A stretch of 64,000 nt of DNA from Marsupella aquatica (taxonomy: Eukaryota; Plantae; Marchantiophyta), in contig OZ316899.1 of the NCBI GenBank assembly GCA_973895155.1, forward strand, positions 13,457,934 to 13,521,933. Reading direction: 5' to 3'. Made by a program: the position numbers and the translations under genes. Positions 46,601 to 60,300 of this stretch are shown one piece after another. The notes beneath the pieces were generated by a model that saw only the letters and a list, made by a program, of their open reading frames with translations, had not been told where the DNA came from and made no database searches. The first letter of the stretch is position 1; each line of letters opens with the position of its first letter.

Positions 46601-48212
46601 CTCATGGTTACAAGGCCTTCTACAGCATGGTTCAGAAGTGCAAGGGAGCAAGCCTTTCCGCTTGGAAGTTGAAGAAACAACTCTTCAATTCCTTGGTAAG
46701 GCCTGTTATTCTTTATGGGGTGCAAGTATGGGGCCCTTCTACTTCTCAATCTTGTTGGAAAAAGGTAGAGGCCATCCAAAAGCTTTTCTTGGAGATGGAG
46801 CTTGGAGTGAAAACCCAAACCCCATACCCCTTGTTATTGGCTGAGGTAGGTCTTCTACCATTGGAGGTTGAAGCTCTCTATCACACTCTTCAATATGCTA
46901 GGAGAGTAGAGGCATTGAATGATTCTAGGCTACCTACGCAAGCCTTTCACATATCTAGAGCTTTTGGTTGGTATGCTGATGTATGTAGCTGGGCTCAATC
47001 ATGGGACTTATCTGAGCATGAATGGCATACTCAACCAAAGAAGCTTTGGTCACTCTTGCGTGATAAAGCTATTAGAAAACTTTGGAGTGATCCTAGCCCT
47101 AGATTACAGTATTTTATGAGGGATGTAAACCCCATGATGTTGTATGAAGAACAAGAGTATCTTAGAGCTCCCATTTCTATGAGGTTGAGACAAGTGATTG
47201 CTAGATATAGACTCAGCTCACATCACTTGGAGGTAGAGGAGGGTAGATGGAAGGGAATTAGGAGGCAGGATAGGGTGTGTAGACTCTGTGATAGTGGCAG
47301 CATTGAGAATGGATATCATGTATTCATAGCATGTAGACGGTATGAGGAGATTTGAATAGCACATCAAATCCTTGTTTCTGATCTGCATGATCTATTTAGG
47401 TTGCCACCAAAGCAACTTGGATTGTATATCATGGCAGTGGATAGGAAACAATGTGATAGCATTACACATTAGTGACTCTTAAGGTCCTTAGTTTGTTATT
47501 AGTGAGGATGTAGAGATCCTCACATGAGCATTTGACTCATTTCTTTGCTTTGTATTTGGCTTTTTTGCCACAGCTCCCTTGACTCATTGGGTCGTTGTGG
47601 AGCTTAGAATTTGACTTTGACTTTGATTTTCCAGATATGACTCATGACGTTCAAACAATTGTTCATGGCCCTTTGAGACTTGTTCAGACCAGAACAGCAA
47701 TGTGGACACAAGGGAGACATTTCAGGATTTCTGACCTTGATGAGAAGAGGGGTAGAACTTTTGACTGTGGAGTTCAAGGGCAGTTCATGCAAGATTCACA
47801 AAGTAGCCGCCATGACACCAATGTCATCCGAGATGTGGTGCCTCACTATGGGAAGATAGAGGAGATCTTGATTGTATCCTATGATGCGGATACAAAATTT
47901 GAAGAGTATGTCTTCAAATGTAAGTGATTCAAAATTCACTTGGTTGGTGAGAATCGCACGGTACTTCTTGATGATTGTGGGTTTACTCGACTGAAGACAT
48001 CAGCAACTAGCTTTCAACCATCTCATTGGCAAACATCTAAACCGTTTACATTCCCAAGTCACCTTGAGCAGTGTTTCTATATTCCGTACCCACCAGACCC
48101 AGAGGAGTGGTCAGTTGTTATACCGTATGTGCCACGGTCTCGTTCCATTATCTCAGAAAAACCTGAAGTTATTATTGTGTCAAACAAAGGAGAGGATGAG
48201 GACCAAGTTTGA
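43663..48212 (+). pseudogene. CACTA TnpD-type transposase (Transposase_21 with DUF4218/DUF4216-like C-terminus), interrupted by a LINE
   Basis: HTCVNDCILY..CPIC, GLASDG, NLPP, IIPGP, DYPG|FGFVSRLQTQGYKAC (intron 44852-44975), LDPMHIEGNV, KTHDYH, FFDCQVHLLVH, RWMY, RARVEGS. Frameshifts near 45940 and 46279; stop at 47925. Confidence 0.92.
46332..47626 (+). mobile_element. 5'-truncated non-LTR retrotransposon (LINE; RTE/RTE-X-like)
   Basis: RT C-terminal motifs LLIFAHDVVLL, VNMRKTK, YKYLGV, RPVILYG, then RLSSHHLEVEEGRW..CRLC..H....C. 3' tail (TTTGAC)n at 47610-47626. No clear TSD. Confidence 0.85.
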
Positions 48213-48971
48213 TGCATCACTAGTAGTAAAACTTGTTGTGGGGCGTATAATTGTGATTATATTAACTAGCATGGTTTAATTTATATTTACCTATTTATTT
48301 TCTTCTTTTGTCTTACAAACACTTGGACTTTGAAATTTACCGCTATATATATATGCAACCCTAGCCACTAGAAAAGTTATCCTCATATATGCATGCCACC
48401 TTTTTGAAATCCCTAGCTTATACCTAAACACATGCATTCTCCATCTTCTAAAGTATTCTCTCAAACATTTCCATTCTGAAAAATTTGCAAACAACTCTCT
48501 TTGCAAAACATTTTTTGAAGTAGTCGGGAAGGAATTTTTGGACCTCTTGTGAATAAAATTCCATCGGTCCTTCTGATACAAATTGGTTCTCAAATTTGCA
48601 ACCAAACTGGATTCAGTACTTTGCGACTCAACGTTCTTCACAATACTTTCTGAAGACAATAGGTTCACAAAACACATGTGATCGTATTAGAATCGCTAAA
48701 TTATGAACCAAAATGTATCTGAATACGGCCGCGATGGTCGCGGACTCACAAAGTCATTGCAATACAACTAGTATCTCAAGTTGTTGCGAAGTCAATAACA
48801 TCCAAAATGAAGTGCGATGTATTTAGCTTCGCAACATGATTTTGCGACATTGAGAGCATGGGATATTGTGATGCATGTTTCATCACAAAATATCTGAAGG
48901 CGCTAACATTGCAAGGCCTTCCCGACGTCAAAAAACACCTTCACAAAAGGGGCCAATATGTAGTAGTGCTT

Positions 48972-51900
48972 GCTGATTTACAACCCAAAGTCAAAACCTC
49001 AAAGCCAAAGCATAAGAAGTGGGTCTCCTGGGACCCGTCCATCCCACCACTAGAAGAAGAAGCGCCCCCAATCCTGAAGCCAGTCCCCGTCTCCCCAACA
49101 TACGGAGGTATCCGATTAGCCAAACTAGATGCTAATCTGGACCCCAACTTGCAGAATCAGGTAGAGGTCATAAGGAAGGAACATTACCGGAAGTACACCA
49201 TCGGGATGGATAAGTCCTTCAACTTGGGCCATGCTCTGAAGGGAGATGCGGAGAAATCCATTCAAGCATTACTCAAGGAATACAATGATGTGTTTGCTTG
49301 GAGCCATCACGATCTTACCGGTGTCTCCCCCAAATTGGGAGAACGCACAATTGACTTAAACTTAGGAGCTCATGCCATACAACAAAAGTAGCATTGCATG
49401 AACCCACGGTACTCCATCCTAGTTAAGGAAGAGATTGACCACCTTTTAGCTGCGGATATCATCTACCCGATAATGGCCAATGACTGGGTGTCCCCCATCG
49501 TCATAGTACCAAAGAAGGGAGGTACAGATGTGAAGCCCAAGATTTGCATCTACCAAGACTATCGTAAGCTGAACGATGCCACTCAAAAAGATCATTACCC
49601 GTTACCATTTATGGACATGGTCCTAGATATGGTAGCCCGTAATGAGATCTATACGTTCCTTGATGGGTATTCAGGCTACAACCAAATCTGGATCCGATTG
49701 TTGGATCAGCTTAAGACAATGTTCACCACGGAGTGGGGGACGTTTGCATTGGGTAGAATGCTGTTTGGGTTATGTAATGCCCCGGCCATGTTCCAGAGAC
49801 TCATGATGAATTTATTCCATGACTTCTTAGAAGAATTTTTGGAAATATTTATTGATGACCTTGCCATATTTGGGACCATCGCCATGCACACTGAGCATTT
49901 ACGTCATACGCTACAACGGTGCAGGGAAGTAAATTTAAAGTTGCATTCGGCCAAGTGCTTTTTGGGGGTAGAGGAAGGAGTGTTACTTGGGCATTGCGTC
50001 CCAAAATGGGGTATAGAGGTGGATCAAGAGAAGGTAGTGGCATGGCCTAGATGGCGGTGGTGTTCCCCGTCAATCAAAAAGCTGTACAATCGTTCCTTGG
50101 CTGCGTAGCCTACTATCGCCACTTCATCAAAGACTTTGCAAAAATTGTGCTACCACTAACGGAGATGATGAAGAAGGACGCAGTGATTGAAGAAACACCC
50201 CGAAGGTGCATAGCCCTCGAGGAGCTCAGGCGTCAACTTAGCACGGCACCCATCATGGTGACCCCAGACTGGAATAAAAGTTGTGGAACTCAACTACCTT
50301 AACACTTAGCTCTGGCGTCGCTGACTCCGACGCCGAGCTCCCTTATGGTCCAGGCCCAAATAGGCCATCCAGGGAGGACTTAGCATGGGGAGACTTGTGG
50401 GCAATGAGACGTGGCACTAGCCAAGCTGGTGACACACACTAAGGACTTAGGCGAGCTAATTAAGAGTTGGTCGAGCCAAGGGGAAAGGGGCCGGACTCAA
50501 GGTCAACCATCCGGGGCCCCGGACGGACTTTGAGTTCTGAGGGCTTGAGTATGAGCTCCTCTTGGGCTCAAGCCAATGGAGTTGACGCCATGGGCAACGG
50601 ACCCTTGGGACGTGAGTTATGGACCGATCCAGGTTTGGCCAATCGGGGACCCCAAGCGATGATGAGACCCAAGGGCCTAGGCATGAGCACGGGGTCGGCC
50701 CAATCACAACGGGCTAAGGCACTCCGCTTGCGGACGCCTAATGAGAAAGTTATGGGCGTTGCCAGTTGGTGGCGCGCCTGGTATGCGCAATAGGCTCCGG
50801 GTTGGAGGCCAAATGTTTAGGGACCAAAATTGGTCTGGGGGTGGCAGGTCTCCAGAAGCATATATGAGGGGAGTGGTGTCTCCCTAGGGGCCAAGGGCAA
50901 GCCGAAGTTGTGAGCCGCGGCGGTCGCGACACTAAGGGAAAGCGTCAAACGGAAACGACAATATCTTCTCAACGGGAAGTCCATTGGAGGACTTCTTGGG
51001 TGCGTTGGAAATCTCTCAAGGAGGGATACGTCCTTCTGAGCTCAGTTGGGTTTGGGGGCGACATGGGTTCTCAAGGTTTGCGGGTGTTAGTTTGCCCGCT
51101 TGCCAAATCCTGCCAAACAGCTACCAAGCCGCGTTCAGTCTTCCAAGGGATCTTGCGTTGGGGAGGCAAGGCCAAGTAGGCATGGAGGTAGAGTTCTAAG
51201 GCCCCTAGACCATCAATGGGGCAAACCGGGAGTTGGTTGCTAGAGTCGGGGCCATTCTGGTCCCGGCGTGTTGGGACAAGCTTTAGGACAAGCTACGCTA
51301 TTTGGGCCATGAGCATATCCTGGGGTCAGGGCGGTCAGTTGGTGATGGATAGGTATGAGGGGGAACCCGGGCCGTGCCCAAAGAAGGAGTTGTTCTGGAC
51401 GAACAGTGGACATGGGTTCTGGTTCCGGCCTATGGCATCGGGAGGACCTATCGCTGACCTATTTACCAACGTTTGTTGAGCTTGAGTTTGGATGCTAGAT
51501 TTGGCAAGCTCTAGATCTTGAAGGGTTACTTACCAAGGTGCTTGGTTTCTTGTGCAGACAGTGAGGACCGTTGAGTAGCGGTCGTCTTGGAAAGCAAGTG
51601 CGACTTCGTATGGGAGGGGCCGCTGGCGGTGCAAGGGCACTAGGTTTCTTGCTCGAGGTATTTCGTGGAGGCGTTCGGGCACCAAGGGCACTTAGGTGTG
51701 AGTGTTGGGATTGTTGAGGGCACTGGGTACCAAGGTCCACCACTATAAAGAATTCCATGTGTACGTCGATTTCTCGGGCTTTTGCATTGGGTCCGTGCTG
51801 AGCTAGCTGGACAACGACGGTTGCATTCACCCCATCTATTTTGCTAGCCATCAGCTATTTGCACCTAAGAAAAACTACTCTGCTACGGATCGAGAGGCCC

Positions 51901-53101
51901 TCAAAATTATCTATTCGTGTAAGAAGTTCTGACACTATTTGCTTGGATACAAAGTTATTTCCATACCAATCATGATAGCCTGAAGTACATGGTAAACAAA
52001 GCAGATGTCACTGGATGGAAAGCCAGATGGGTTTTGCCCTTGCAAGAGTTTAATTACAAAGTTTGGGTTTGGCCAGGGAAGGCACACCTCAACGCAGATT
52101 TATTTTCACAATTGGATGGAGTACCCGTTGATCAGCCTATCAACGATGCCTTTTTGGATGAGGAGGTGTTCCACATAGGAGAGGGCACGCCAATCTGGTA
52201 TGGACCACTCCGGGGACCACTCATTACATTTCTCTTGACAGGGAGGATACCCAATGGGATTAATCAAGAGGCCATAGCAGTGTTTTTACGCAAGGCTGGG
52301 CCGTATATGATGATACAAGGCCACTTGCATAAGGAAGGAGTTAATGGGAAGCTAGGGCGCTGCCTCAAATACAAGGAAACACTCATTGTGATGCGGGCAT
52401 TACACGAAGAGGACACTGGGGGCCATCTTGCGGCCATCACCACTACCCAAAAGATCCTGGATTTGGGATATTGGTGGCCCAAGCTACACTGGGATTTACA
52501 ACGCTTTATTAAGGGGTGTGATTTGTGCCGAAGGGCCGGCGCATCAAGGAAGTCACACAACCACCCTCTCATCTCCGTACTTCTGCTTGCACCATTTGAA
52601 AAATGAGGCATCAATTACATTGGGCCATTTACACCGGTCACTTGCCGTCATCGGTGTAGGTACATTCTACTTGCTATTGATTATTCAACCAAATGGGTAG
52701 AAGCCTGAGCTACGATAAAGGATGATGCGGCCACTAGTGCCAGGTTCTTATATGAGCAAATATTCACTCACTTTGGGCCGCCTTTGGAGATAGTTAGCGA
52801 CCAGGGAACGCACTTCATCAATGAGACAGTAGAGCGGCTTACTGAACGGTACCTGGTCAAGCACCACAAGACCACCCCGTACCATCCTAAAGCCAATAGA
52901 CTGACGGAAAGAGCAAACGGGATCATCAGAAAGATTCTCAACAAAATGGTAGCCGCACACAAGACGGATTGGGATGACAAGTTGTAAGTCGCTATATACT
53001 CATACAACTTGGCCTACAAGACTACTACTAGTCATAGTCCGTACTTTCTTGTGTTTGGGCAAGACTCTCTAGTACCTATTGAGTTTAAAATCCACACGCC
53101 G
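48972..53101 (+). pseudogene. pol: Degraded RT-RNase H-integrase of the old family-A element
   Basis: ORFs 48858-49391, 49398-50108, 50051-50302, 51989-52606, 52784-52987 and 53009- are homologous to 25660-28275. Confidence 0.9.
50279..51744. mobile_element. 1466-bp insertion with AGT...ACT termini and 5-bp TSD (non-canonical solo LTR or non-autonomous DNA TE)
   Basis: AGTTGTGGA...TCCACCACT (8/9 inverted match). TSD ATAAA at 50274-50278 and 51745-51749. Splits RNase H codons PDWNK|EFHVYVD. Confidence 0.8.
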
Positions 53102-53905
53102 TGGCCTTCCTTTCCGGATCCGATGGGATCTCGGGTCGCAATGGTTTCTCTTAACCATGATAGTCCGCTCCTTGGTCGTACACTTAGGCATCGTCCGGAT
53201 TTTGGATTTGTCTAGGGCAAAATCCAGATCCTTTCTCTTCACCATGATGAGGCGATGGAGAGAAAGAAACCAAATTAAAATCCCTTCACAAAAATCCGGA
53301 AATCTCAAATCCAGAAATTGGAATCAAGTCGCCACTTCCCCACTCAATCGAACAATCACCCACTTCCCCCGTAACCAATTCCTCACAACTAATGCCTCAA
53401 ATCGGCAGCCTCGTCCGGCTCTATTCTCTCCATTCCTTCAGACTAAAGGTTTCCGCAGCGTCTTGGTGTGTGGACTGCAGCCCGAACAATCGCCTTAAGA
53501 ACTTGGAAACCAAGTCTCAGTCTCCGGCCGGATGCTCAACTTATGGTTTATCTTCATTCTCATATGCCTTCTCTTGTGGTGCGATTGTACCAGTATTTTA
53601 AAGTTCTGAAAAGAGTGCTATCCGGATATGTCCGGATTTTGTATTGTAAACTAGACTTTGTAGCCATTTCCGGGTTTATTATACTCCATTAACCTGATAA
53701 TTAGAAATTTCAAAAAAATTTGCTTTTTAATTTCTTTGGACATAGCCATGATATCACATAACTCCCTCCCCAACCGGTGCAACGCCCTCGCAAACCGTCA
53801 AGAGGTGGAGTGATATTTCTTAGCTTGAGATCCATTAACTCGAGTTAATAAAACTTTGCCTTGTAAATCCTCCAATTGTAAAGAACCATTAGCAAATATC
53901 TCTCT
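53102..53905 (-). mobile_element. 3' end of another gypsy element on the minus strand (integrase tail, PPT, LTR from 53758 leftwards)
   Basis: Minus strand reads REIFANGSLQLEDLQGKVLLTRVNGSQAKKYHSTS*, then GGGGAGGGAGTTA, then TGTGATATC. Confidence 0.65.
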
Positions 53906-56900
53906 TGTTGTAAGGTATGAAACAACTAACTATTTCATTCATCATCCCACCATTACATATAGCTCCTACGGTGGCTAGGTAGTTAGGCGGTTGGACTTGG
54001 CCTAACTGTAGTAGGGTTAACCCTAGGTAGGGTAGGTTTAGGTATGGGTTATAACCCTCCCCCTTGGGTGTAACATGACCCGGGGTAATGTTGCAACCAT
54101 CTAAAAAACCTACTCTAATGTGTAATACATCCTAGTCATTTAAAAATTTATATTTAGGGAGGGAAATGTAACCTCATTAAAACCCCCTCTCCTTTCTTGT
54201 AGGGGGAAAGAGTGTTATTATTTCCTCCAAGCTATATTGTAATGTAAAGTTATTGTAGTATGTCAAAGAAAAAATTGTTTAAGTGGGTTGTCACATAGAC
54301 TATGTACCCATATCATTTTGGTCAGTAGCCATATTCTATATGGTTCTACTCTAATTTTTGTGTAAGTCCTCTACAAGTCCAAAGTCGATCGTAGTGTGGG
54401 CTTAGGGCAGTAGAACTATGCGGGATTCAATAGTTTGTTTTGTTTACTCAAATGTTTTTGATGTAGTGCTCGATGTTCAGGCCGCGTTTGCTGCCATGTT
54501 CGCGGTTATCGGGTGGAAGGTGTGAGCTGTTGCGTTGGGGATGGTCGTTCTTGCTGAGGGCAGGTGCTTCTCCTCTTGGCGATGAGCTGGGTGATTAGTG
54601 ATCGGGGTGCATGCGTGTTGAACGAGCTGTGATAAGGTTGGACTCTTGCTGCTTTGTAGTCATGAATGTGTGTTGTGTGTAGTCTGGTGACAGGGGTTGT
54701 TCTACTCCCCCTAATGTGGTGTCTTCTGGTTGCTCCCTCGCGCATCATGTTTGGTAGGGACTGATGGCTGTGTTTATAGTCTCATTATCTTGATCGTTGT
54801 GCAGCTATGAGTTTTGCTATTATTCTCCCCCTAGGCAGAAGGCAAGTAGGTCGGTTGTAGTCCGAAGGGGGTTAGTTCTGCAATGCAGCTAAGTTTTGCA
54901 ATCCTATAGAAAATGTATGTTGAGTCTGTGTAGTACAGGGGAAGCGATTTAGTAAACAAATCTGCGATGTTCCAGTGAGCTTTGTATCCATTTAACTTCA
55001 ATACTATTGCCTTGCTGTTCATGCGTAAAGAAAAACTTAGGGGCAATGTGTTTGGTTTGATCTCCTTTGATGAAGCCTGCTTGAATTTGTTCAACGCAAG
55101 CTCTGTTGTCTTCATGAATTTCTGTCGGTGTTGATAGTATAGGTATGCCTATATTCTCATGAATGTGGTTGATAATGTTGCGTAGCTAGATACACTCCCT
55201 GCTTGATTCATAAAGAGCTATGATTTTTGAGTGATTTGACAATGTAGTAGTTAATGTCTACTTGAAACTTCGCCATGAAATTGCTGTCTGGCCCATCAAA
55301 AAGACGTACCCGGTCTGAGACTTCACATCCTCAGGGTCTGAAAGATAACCTGCGTCAGCATACCCTGTGAATGAGTAGTTAGCATCTGATGGGTAAAACA
55401 GTCCCAGATCCATGGTACCTGCAAGGTAGCGGAAAATGCGCTTTATCCCATTCCAATGTCGAATAGTCGGCTTGGCACTATGGCATGCCAATAGGTTTAC
55501 TACAAAGGCGATATCAGGCCTTGTCTGGTTTGAAAGGAACATCAGAACACCTATAGCAGATAGGTATGGCTTTTCTGGGCCAAGCAGTGGCTCCATCTCA
55601 TTTCTCTTCCGGAAGATATCCTTTTCTTTATCAAGTGAGCGGATGTCCATGGGGGATCTGACTGCAGTGGCCTTGTCCATGTTGAATTGCCTTAGAATCT
55701 TTTTGATGTACGTGGACTGATGCAAGAAAATGCCATTGTGCAGGTGCTCAAATTGTAGGCCTAGGTAGAAAGAAGTCTGCCCTAGGTCGCGCATCTCAAA
55801 AGCCTGTTTCAGGAGTATAATAGTTTCAGTCATAATTTTTCTTGTTCTGAACAGGTTCAGGTCGTCCACGTAGATGGCTACTATAATGAATTCTTTGTTT
55901 TCAAGTTTCAGAAATAAACAAGGTGCAATGTTGGCATTTGTAAATCCCATCGCCAGCATTTCCGACTTAAATTGTCTATACCATGTCAGGCCACTTTGCT
56001 TAAGTCCATACAGGGATCTTAACACTTGTACTGCAAATCAAGTTCTTCGGGTGGTGTCCCTTTGATGCTGAATAGGGGTTGTTAGTGATATCTTTGTTGC
56101 AGTCTTTTGGAGTATTGCTGAGTTTGTATGCTCGAATGTTTCCGCTGGTTTTGATTCCAGCTGTTTGAGTTTGTTTCCCTTCGCTGTGGTACTCAACTCG
56201 TTTCACCAATTCTGGTGGAGCCTCCATGTATATAACTTTGTCTAAGTGTCCATATAGGTAAGCTGTTACAATATCCATTTGGCGCATGGATAAGTTGTGG
56301 CGTTGTGAGAATGTGATTAGGTACCGGTAAGTAATGACGTCCATTACCGGTGAGTATGTTAGGTCATAGTCCCTGCTGGGGACTTGGGTAAATCCCCTGG
56401 CCACCAATCTGGCCTTGTGTCTGGTTACCTTGCCTTTTGCATTTCTTTTCTTTACGAGGGTCCATTTATAACCTGTGAGATGTACTTCAGGTTCTGCTAT
56501 TGTAATCGGTCCGAATACCTGGCGGGCTATCAATGAGTCCAACTCTAAGTGGATGGCCTGTTCCCATTCAGGCCAGTCAGGTTGAGCCTCAGCTTCTTTA
56601 ATTGTTCGTGGACCCGGCAGTTCATCTTCTATTTGCTGTGCTATGTGAAATGCAAATTGTTCATCTATCATGGTATGCTCTTTGTCCCATACATGCCCGG
56701 TTCTTCCATAGTTGATTGATATCTCTGCATTGTCTTTTGGTACATTTGGTTGGCTTGGAGTTTGATCTCTGGTCAATGTATTTGGTGTAGATGTTGGGGC
56801 GGCTCTACACTGTCTTGGCTGTCTGTCTGCAGATCCCAATGGGCGGCCTCTCTTTGCTTTCGGGGCAGTCACTGATGGTGGTGGGGTCTCCATTTGGATT

Positions 56901-57338
56901 TTGGATGGTGCGTTTGCTGCTGGAATGTGGGAGCGCGTCACTTGGGCGGCATCCGTAAAGGAGTCTGGTAGGTGTTCTACCATCCTCGCTAGGTGCAAAA
57001 TTTGTTGTACTTCAGTGTCCGTGGGGTTGTCCCGTGGGTCGTTCTAGAAGTCGGCATCAATTTTCCAAGTAAGTTGGGAGTTTTTCTCTGTGTCGAGTTG
57101 TTGCTTTGTTTGTAGGCTGGGAAAAATCTCTTCGTAGAAGTGGCAATCTGCAAAACGTGCTTTGAAGACATCAGATGTGGTAGGCTCCATATATCTGATT
57201 ATTGAAGTGGAGTCAAAGCCTATGTATATTCTTGTGTGTCTTTGGGGCCCCATCTTGGTTCTCTTGGGTTCCAAGATGGGTACCATGACTTTACAACCAA
57301 ACGTTCTCAAGTGAGAGACATTTGGTATGCTCCCAAAT
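53906..57338 (-). mobile_element. Second degenerate Bianca-like Ty1/copia element (minus strand) with ~150-bp 3' LTR (53906-54056)
   Basis: Integrase C-terminus, RT and RNase H on the minus strand. PPT AAGGGGGAG at 54057-54065. The LTR ends ...ACAACA at 53906, inside the gypsy integrase tail. Confidence 0.85.
54831..57338 (-). pseudogene. pol: Copia pol (integrase C-term, RT, RNase H), frameshifted
   Basis: RTFGC..RTKMGPQR, KARLVARGFTQ, RSLYGLKQSG, YVDD, GYADAGYLSDP, ADLFTKSL. Confidence 0.9.
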
Positions 57339-60300
57339 TGTGATGCCTAGACAGGAATCACTCGGCCAGTTAAGTGGGTAAAGCAGGAAGGCACCCTAGA
57401 AACACCTTAGTATAGGGACAAAACAAGGAAAATATAAACAATTAGGGGCAACCATGGAACCCGGGCCGAGGCCGGAGGTAAGGACGCTGGGGGTGAAAAC
57501 TCGATTAGGGTTAGGGCGCGTTAAGCGTCGGTGGCTAGGAAGGATCAACGGGAGGAAGGACCTGAAGAGGAGAGGGGTAAGGAGCGCTTGCAGGAGATGG
57601 TGGCTCATTTGCGAGCACGAACTAGGCAGACGACTACGGGAGGCCAACTACTGTCAGCTGCTTAGGCAAGCACTCGGGGAGAGAGTAGATACCGACGATA
57701 AACCTAAGGAGGGTATGAGCAATGTCAATCAAGCGGCACATTTCTGGGGATGCCTGTTCGAACGGGCAACTGAGTACATCAAGACTTACAAGGACGAGGA
57801 ATCAGAAAGGGCAGCTCGAGAACGGCAGGAGCTCGCTCGATTGTGGGAGCTGCAGAAGACGGCTTTCTTAGGAGGCGAACTCATCAAAGACAAGTTCTTG
57901 TGGACTCCTACTTCCAATCAGCTCAACGATCTTCTGTTTTGCAAAGACAGCGTCGTCGGCATCCGAGAGGCCATCAAGAACTGCAACGACATACACTGGG
58001 AATTGAAGGGTAGCACGGAAAGGTGGACCCAGGCAACAGTGCTAGGAGAAACCTCCACGGCAGCAGAGATGAAGAGGAAGGGAGCCGTCAACGATGAAGC
58101 CACCCCGACAAAAAGAACGAGGTCGGCGGTACCAAAGAAGCCAGCCGAGCAGCAGAGCAGGAGGCAGGGAGAAGCCGAAGAGGAGGAGGTCGATCCCATC
58201 AAGGCCATTCCAACCAGGGATGACACCTGGAAGGGCTGGGTGGCAACCCTACCGGTAGAGGTGCAACTACATTTTGCACGGGAGGAGGATGCATGCTTTA
58301 CGGCCATGCAGACCAAGAAGTACCAAGGCTTCATGGCCGGATCCGGCTTAGAGGCCTTTGTAAGATTACCATGGCTGAAGCCGGAGGTACCGGAGTCAGA
58401 CCTATTAGAATTCGTGGGGTCATGGGAACCCGAGACCAATTGCACGAGGATATATGGGAAGGATTTCTATCTTACTCCCAAAGTGATTGCCGAAGTGTTT
58501 GGCTTGCCGATAGGCAATAAGACCAAAGTTGATACCAGGAAGACCTTGCCTGACAAGGAGTTCCAGTCGTTCCCCGGGCCATCAACAAAGAATGGCTTCT
58601 TCCGGAACACCTGCACCAACCCGCACATAGGAGAGATGATCGACTTCTTGCAGGTGACCATGCATTGTAACTTGCCGAGGGCGGAGATCGGCAAGGCACA
58701 GGTCTATCTGGCAGAGAGGCCAGACCCAAGCCGGGACTACAACGGGTACCTCCTCAACCAATTGAAGAAGATCTTAAAGGAGGAGCAGCAGGTAATCGGC
58801 ATGGGGAGCGTGTCGCGGCTTGGCTATCACATGCCGCTGTTGTGCCGGTATGCCAGAGGTCAGACTTTTGCCCCAGTACTTCCCCTGCAGGTAAGGGCAC
58901 CAGAGGAAGCTCCAGAACCGAGGCCGGTAGCAGAGAAGCCTCAACCACCTGTTAGCCCTACGATCGAGCAGGTGTTTAGGCCCAGGAAGGAGGACTTGCC
59001 GATGCAGCAACCAGGCATGCAGAGTCTGCTGAAACTACTGGAGAAAGAAAAGAGATCGGCATCGGCAACGACAACGGCAACGGCAACAATGCAGGACACT
59101 ACTCCAGAGGTAGGCCTACACCGACTCACAAGAGAAAACCCCTTTGCTGGAGACAAGGAGAGAATCAGGCCGGAATCCAAGCCAGGTGTTCGAATGTATG
59201 TGGGAGTCTCAAGCTCTGAATCTGAGGCAGAATTGCCTGAAGCTCCTACCAATGAAGAGGAGAGGGAGAAGCCGGACGTCCAAGAAATAGAGGAGGCAGT
59301 GGAGGACTGCAGCCATGATAACTCTGGCTATGGGTCGGACCATCACGTTCCAGGAGTAAGGACCTGTGGCTGGTTTGTCCCCACACTTCCAAGGGTAGTA
59401 CGAGGGGACCCCAACCAGCAGAGTAGCCCTGAGTCTCCCCCACCAGATGTTGCTCCCCCGAGCTTTGACGGCATAAAACAGACGGCGCAGGAATTTCAGG
59501 AGCGAATCAGGCAGGAAGAGGAGGCAGCCCTGGCTAGGGAAAAGGATTTACCAGGAGGAGATTGGCCGGAGGACATCAGGCGGCTAGCCGAAAAAGGAAG
59601 CAAACCTCTAGCCACGATTGAAGAGATCCGCAAGACGGCTTGGGAGCAGAGGCCGCGATGGGCGATGCCGATCACTTCTACTTACTCCACCTACGCTAAG
59701 AATAGAGCCATGGAGTATGGTGAGATGTGTGGGGAACTTGCGCTCGACATCTTTGGAGAGGAGTTGGAGGTAGGACCCTTTTTCCATAGGGAGCAGTTGG
59801 AGAAGCACCAATTAGAAGAAGCGGTGGCTTTAGAGAGAAGCAAGAAGGACGAGGTCATTCGGCGGCTTAGGAGGATGGAAGCCGAGATTGAAGATCTAAG
59901 GGCGGCCAAGAAAGCCCAAGATGAACTGCGGATTAAACGGCATGAGCTGAACATCATGCAGGGGCAGTTGGACACCGCGCAGGCTGATAATCAGAATATC
60001 AAGGAAAAACTGACTCAGATGCAGGGAGAGTTGGCCGACACGATCAAAGAGAGGGAGAAGTGGAAGCAAGAGCTGAAGAATACAGAGGAGGCCCACATAA
60101 CAGCCAACAGCCAGGCCATGGCGGAGACCCAAAGAAAGGAATGGGCGTTGAAGGGGGAGCTCGAGAAAATCCGCGGAGCCCTTGAGCAGAAGGAGGCCGA
60201 GTTAGGGAAATCCTATCAAGGGATTATGGCGCTGCAGCAGGAGCTTGCGTCCCTGACGGCCAGCTTCAAGGCCGACCTAAGGGAGAAGGACGAGATGCTC

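Larger units (their letters stand above)
38156..48968 (+). mobile_element. CACTA (En/Spm) DNA transposon, 10.8 kb
   Basis: TIRs CACTACTACA / TGTAGTAGTG. 3-bp TSD CTT at 38153-38155 and 48969-48971. Subterminal TTGCGA/TCGCAA motifs and TnpD transposase. The gypsy reading frame resumes after it. Confidence 0.95.
11410..53101 (+). mobile_element. Older, degraded family-A gypsy element hosting several nested insertions; 3' end not visible
   Basis: LTR start TGTGACGTCG at 11410 and LTR end CGTGACA at 34861. Same spacer and PBS as the intact copy. gag starts MPITRSQATYLRRLTS at 34988, and pol homology continues to ~53101. Confidence 0.8.
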
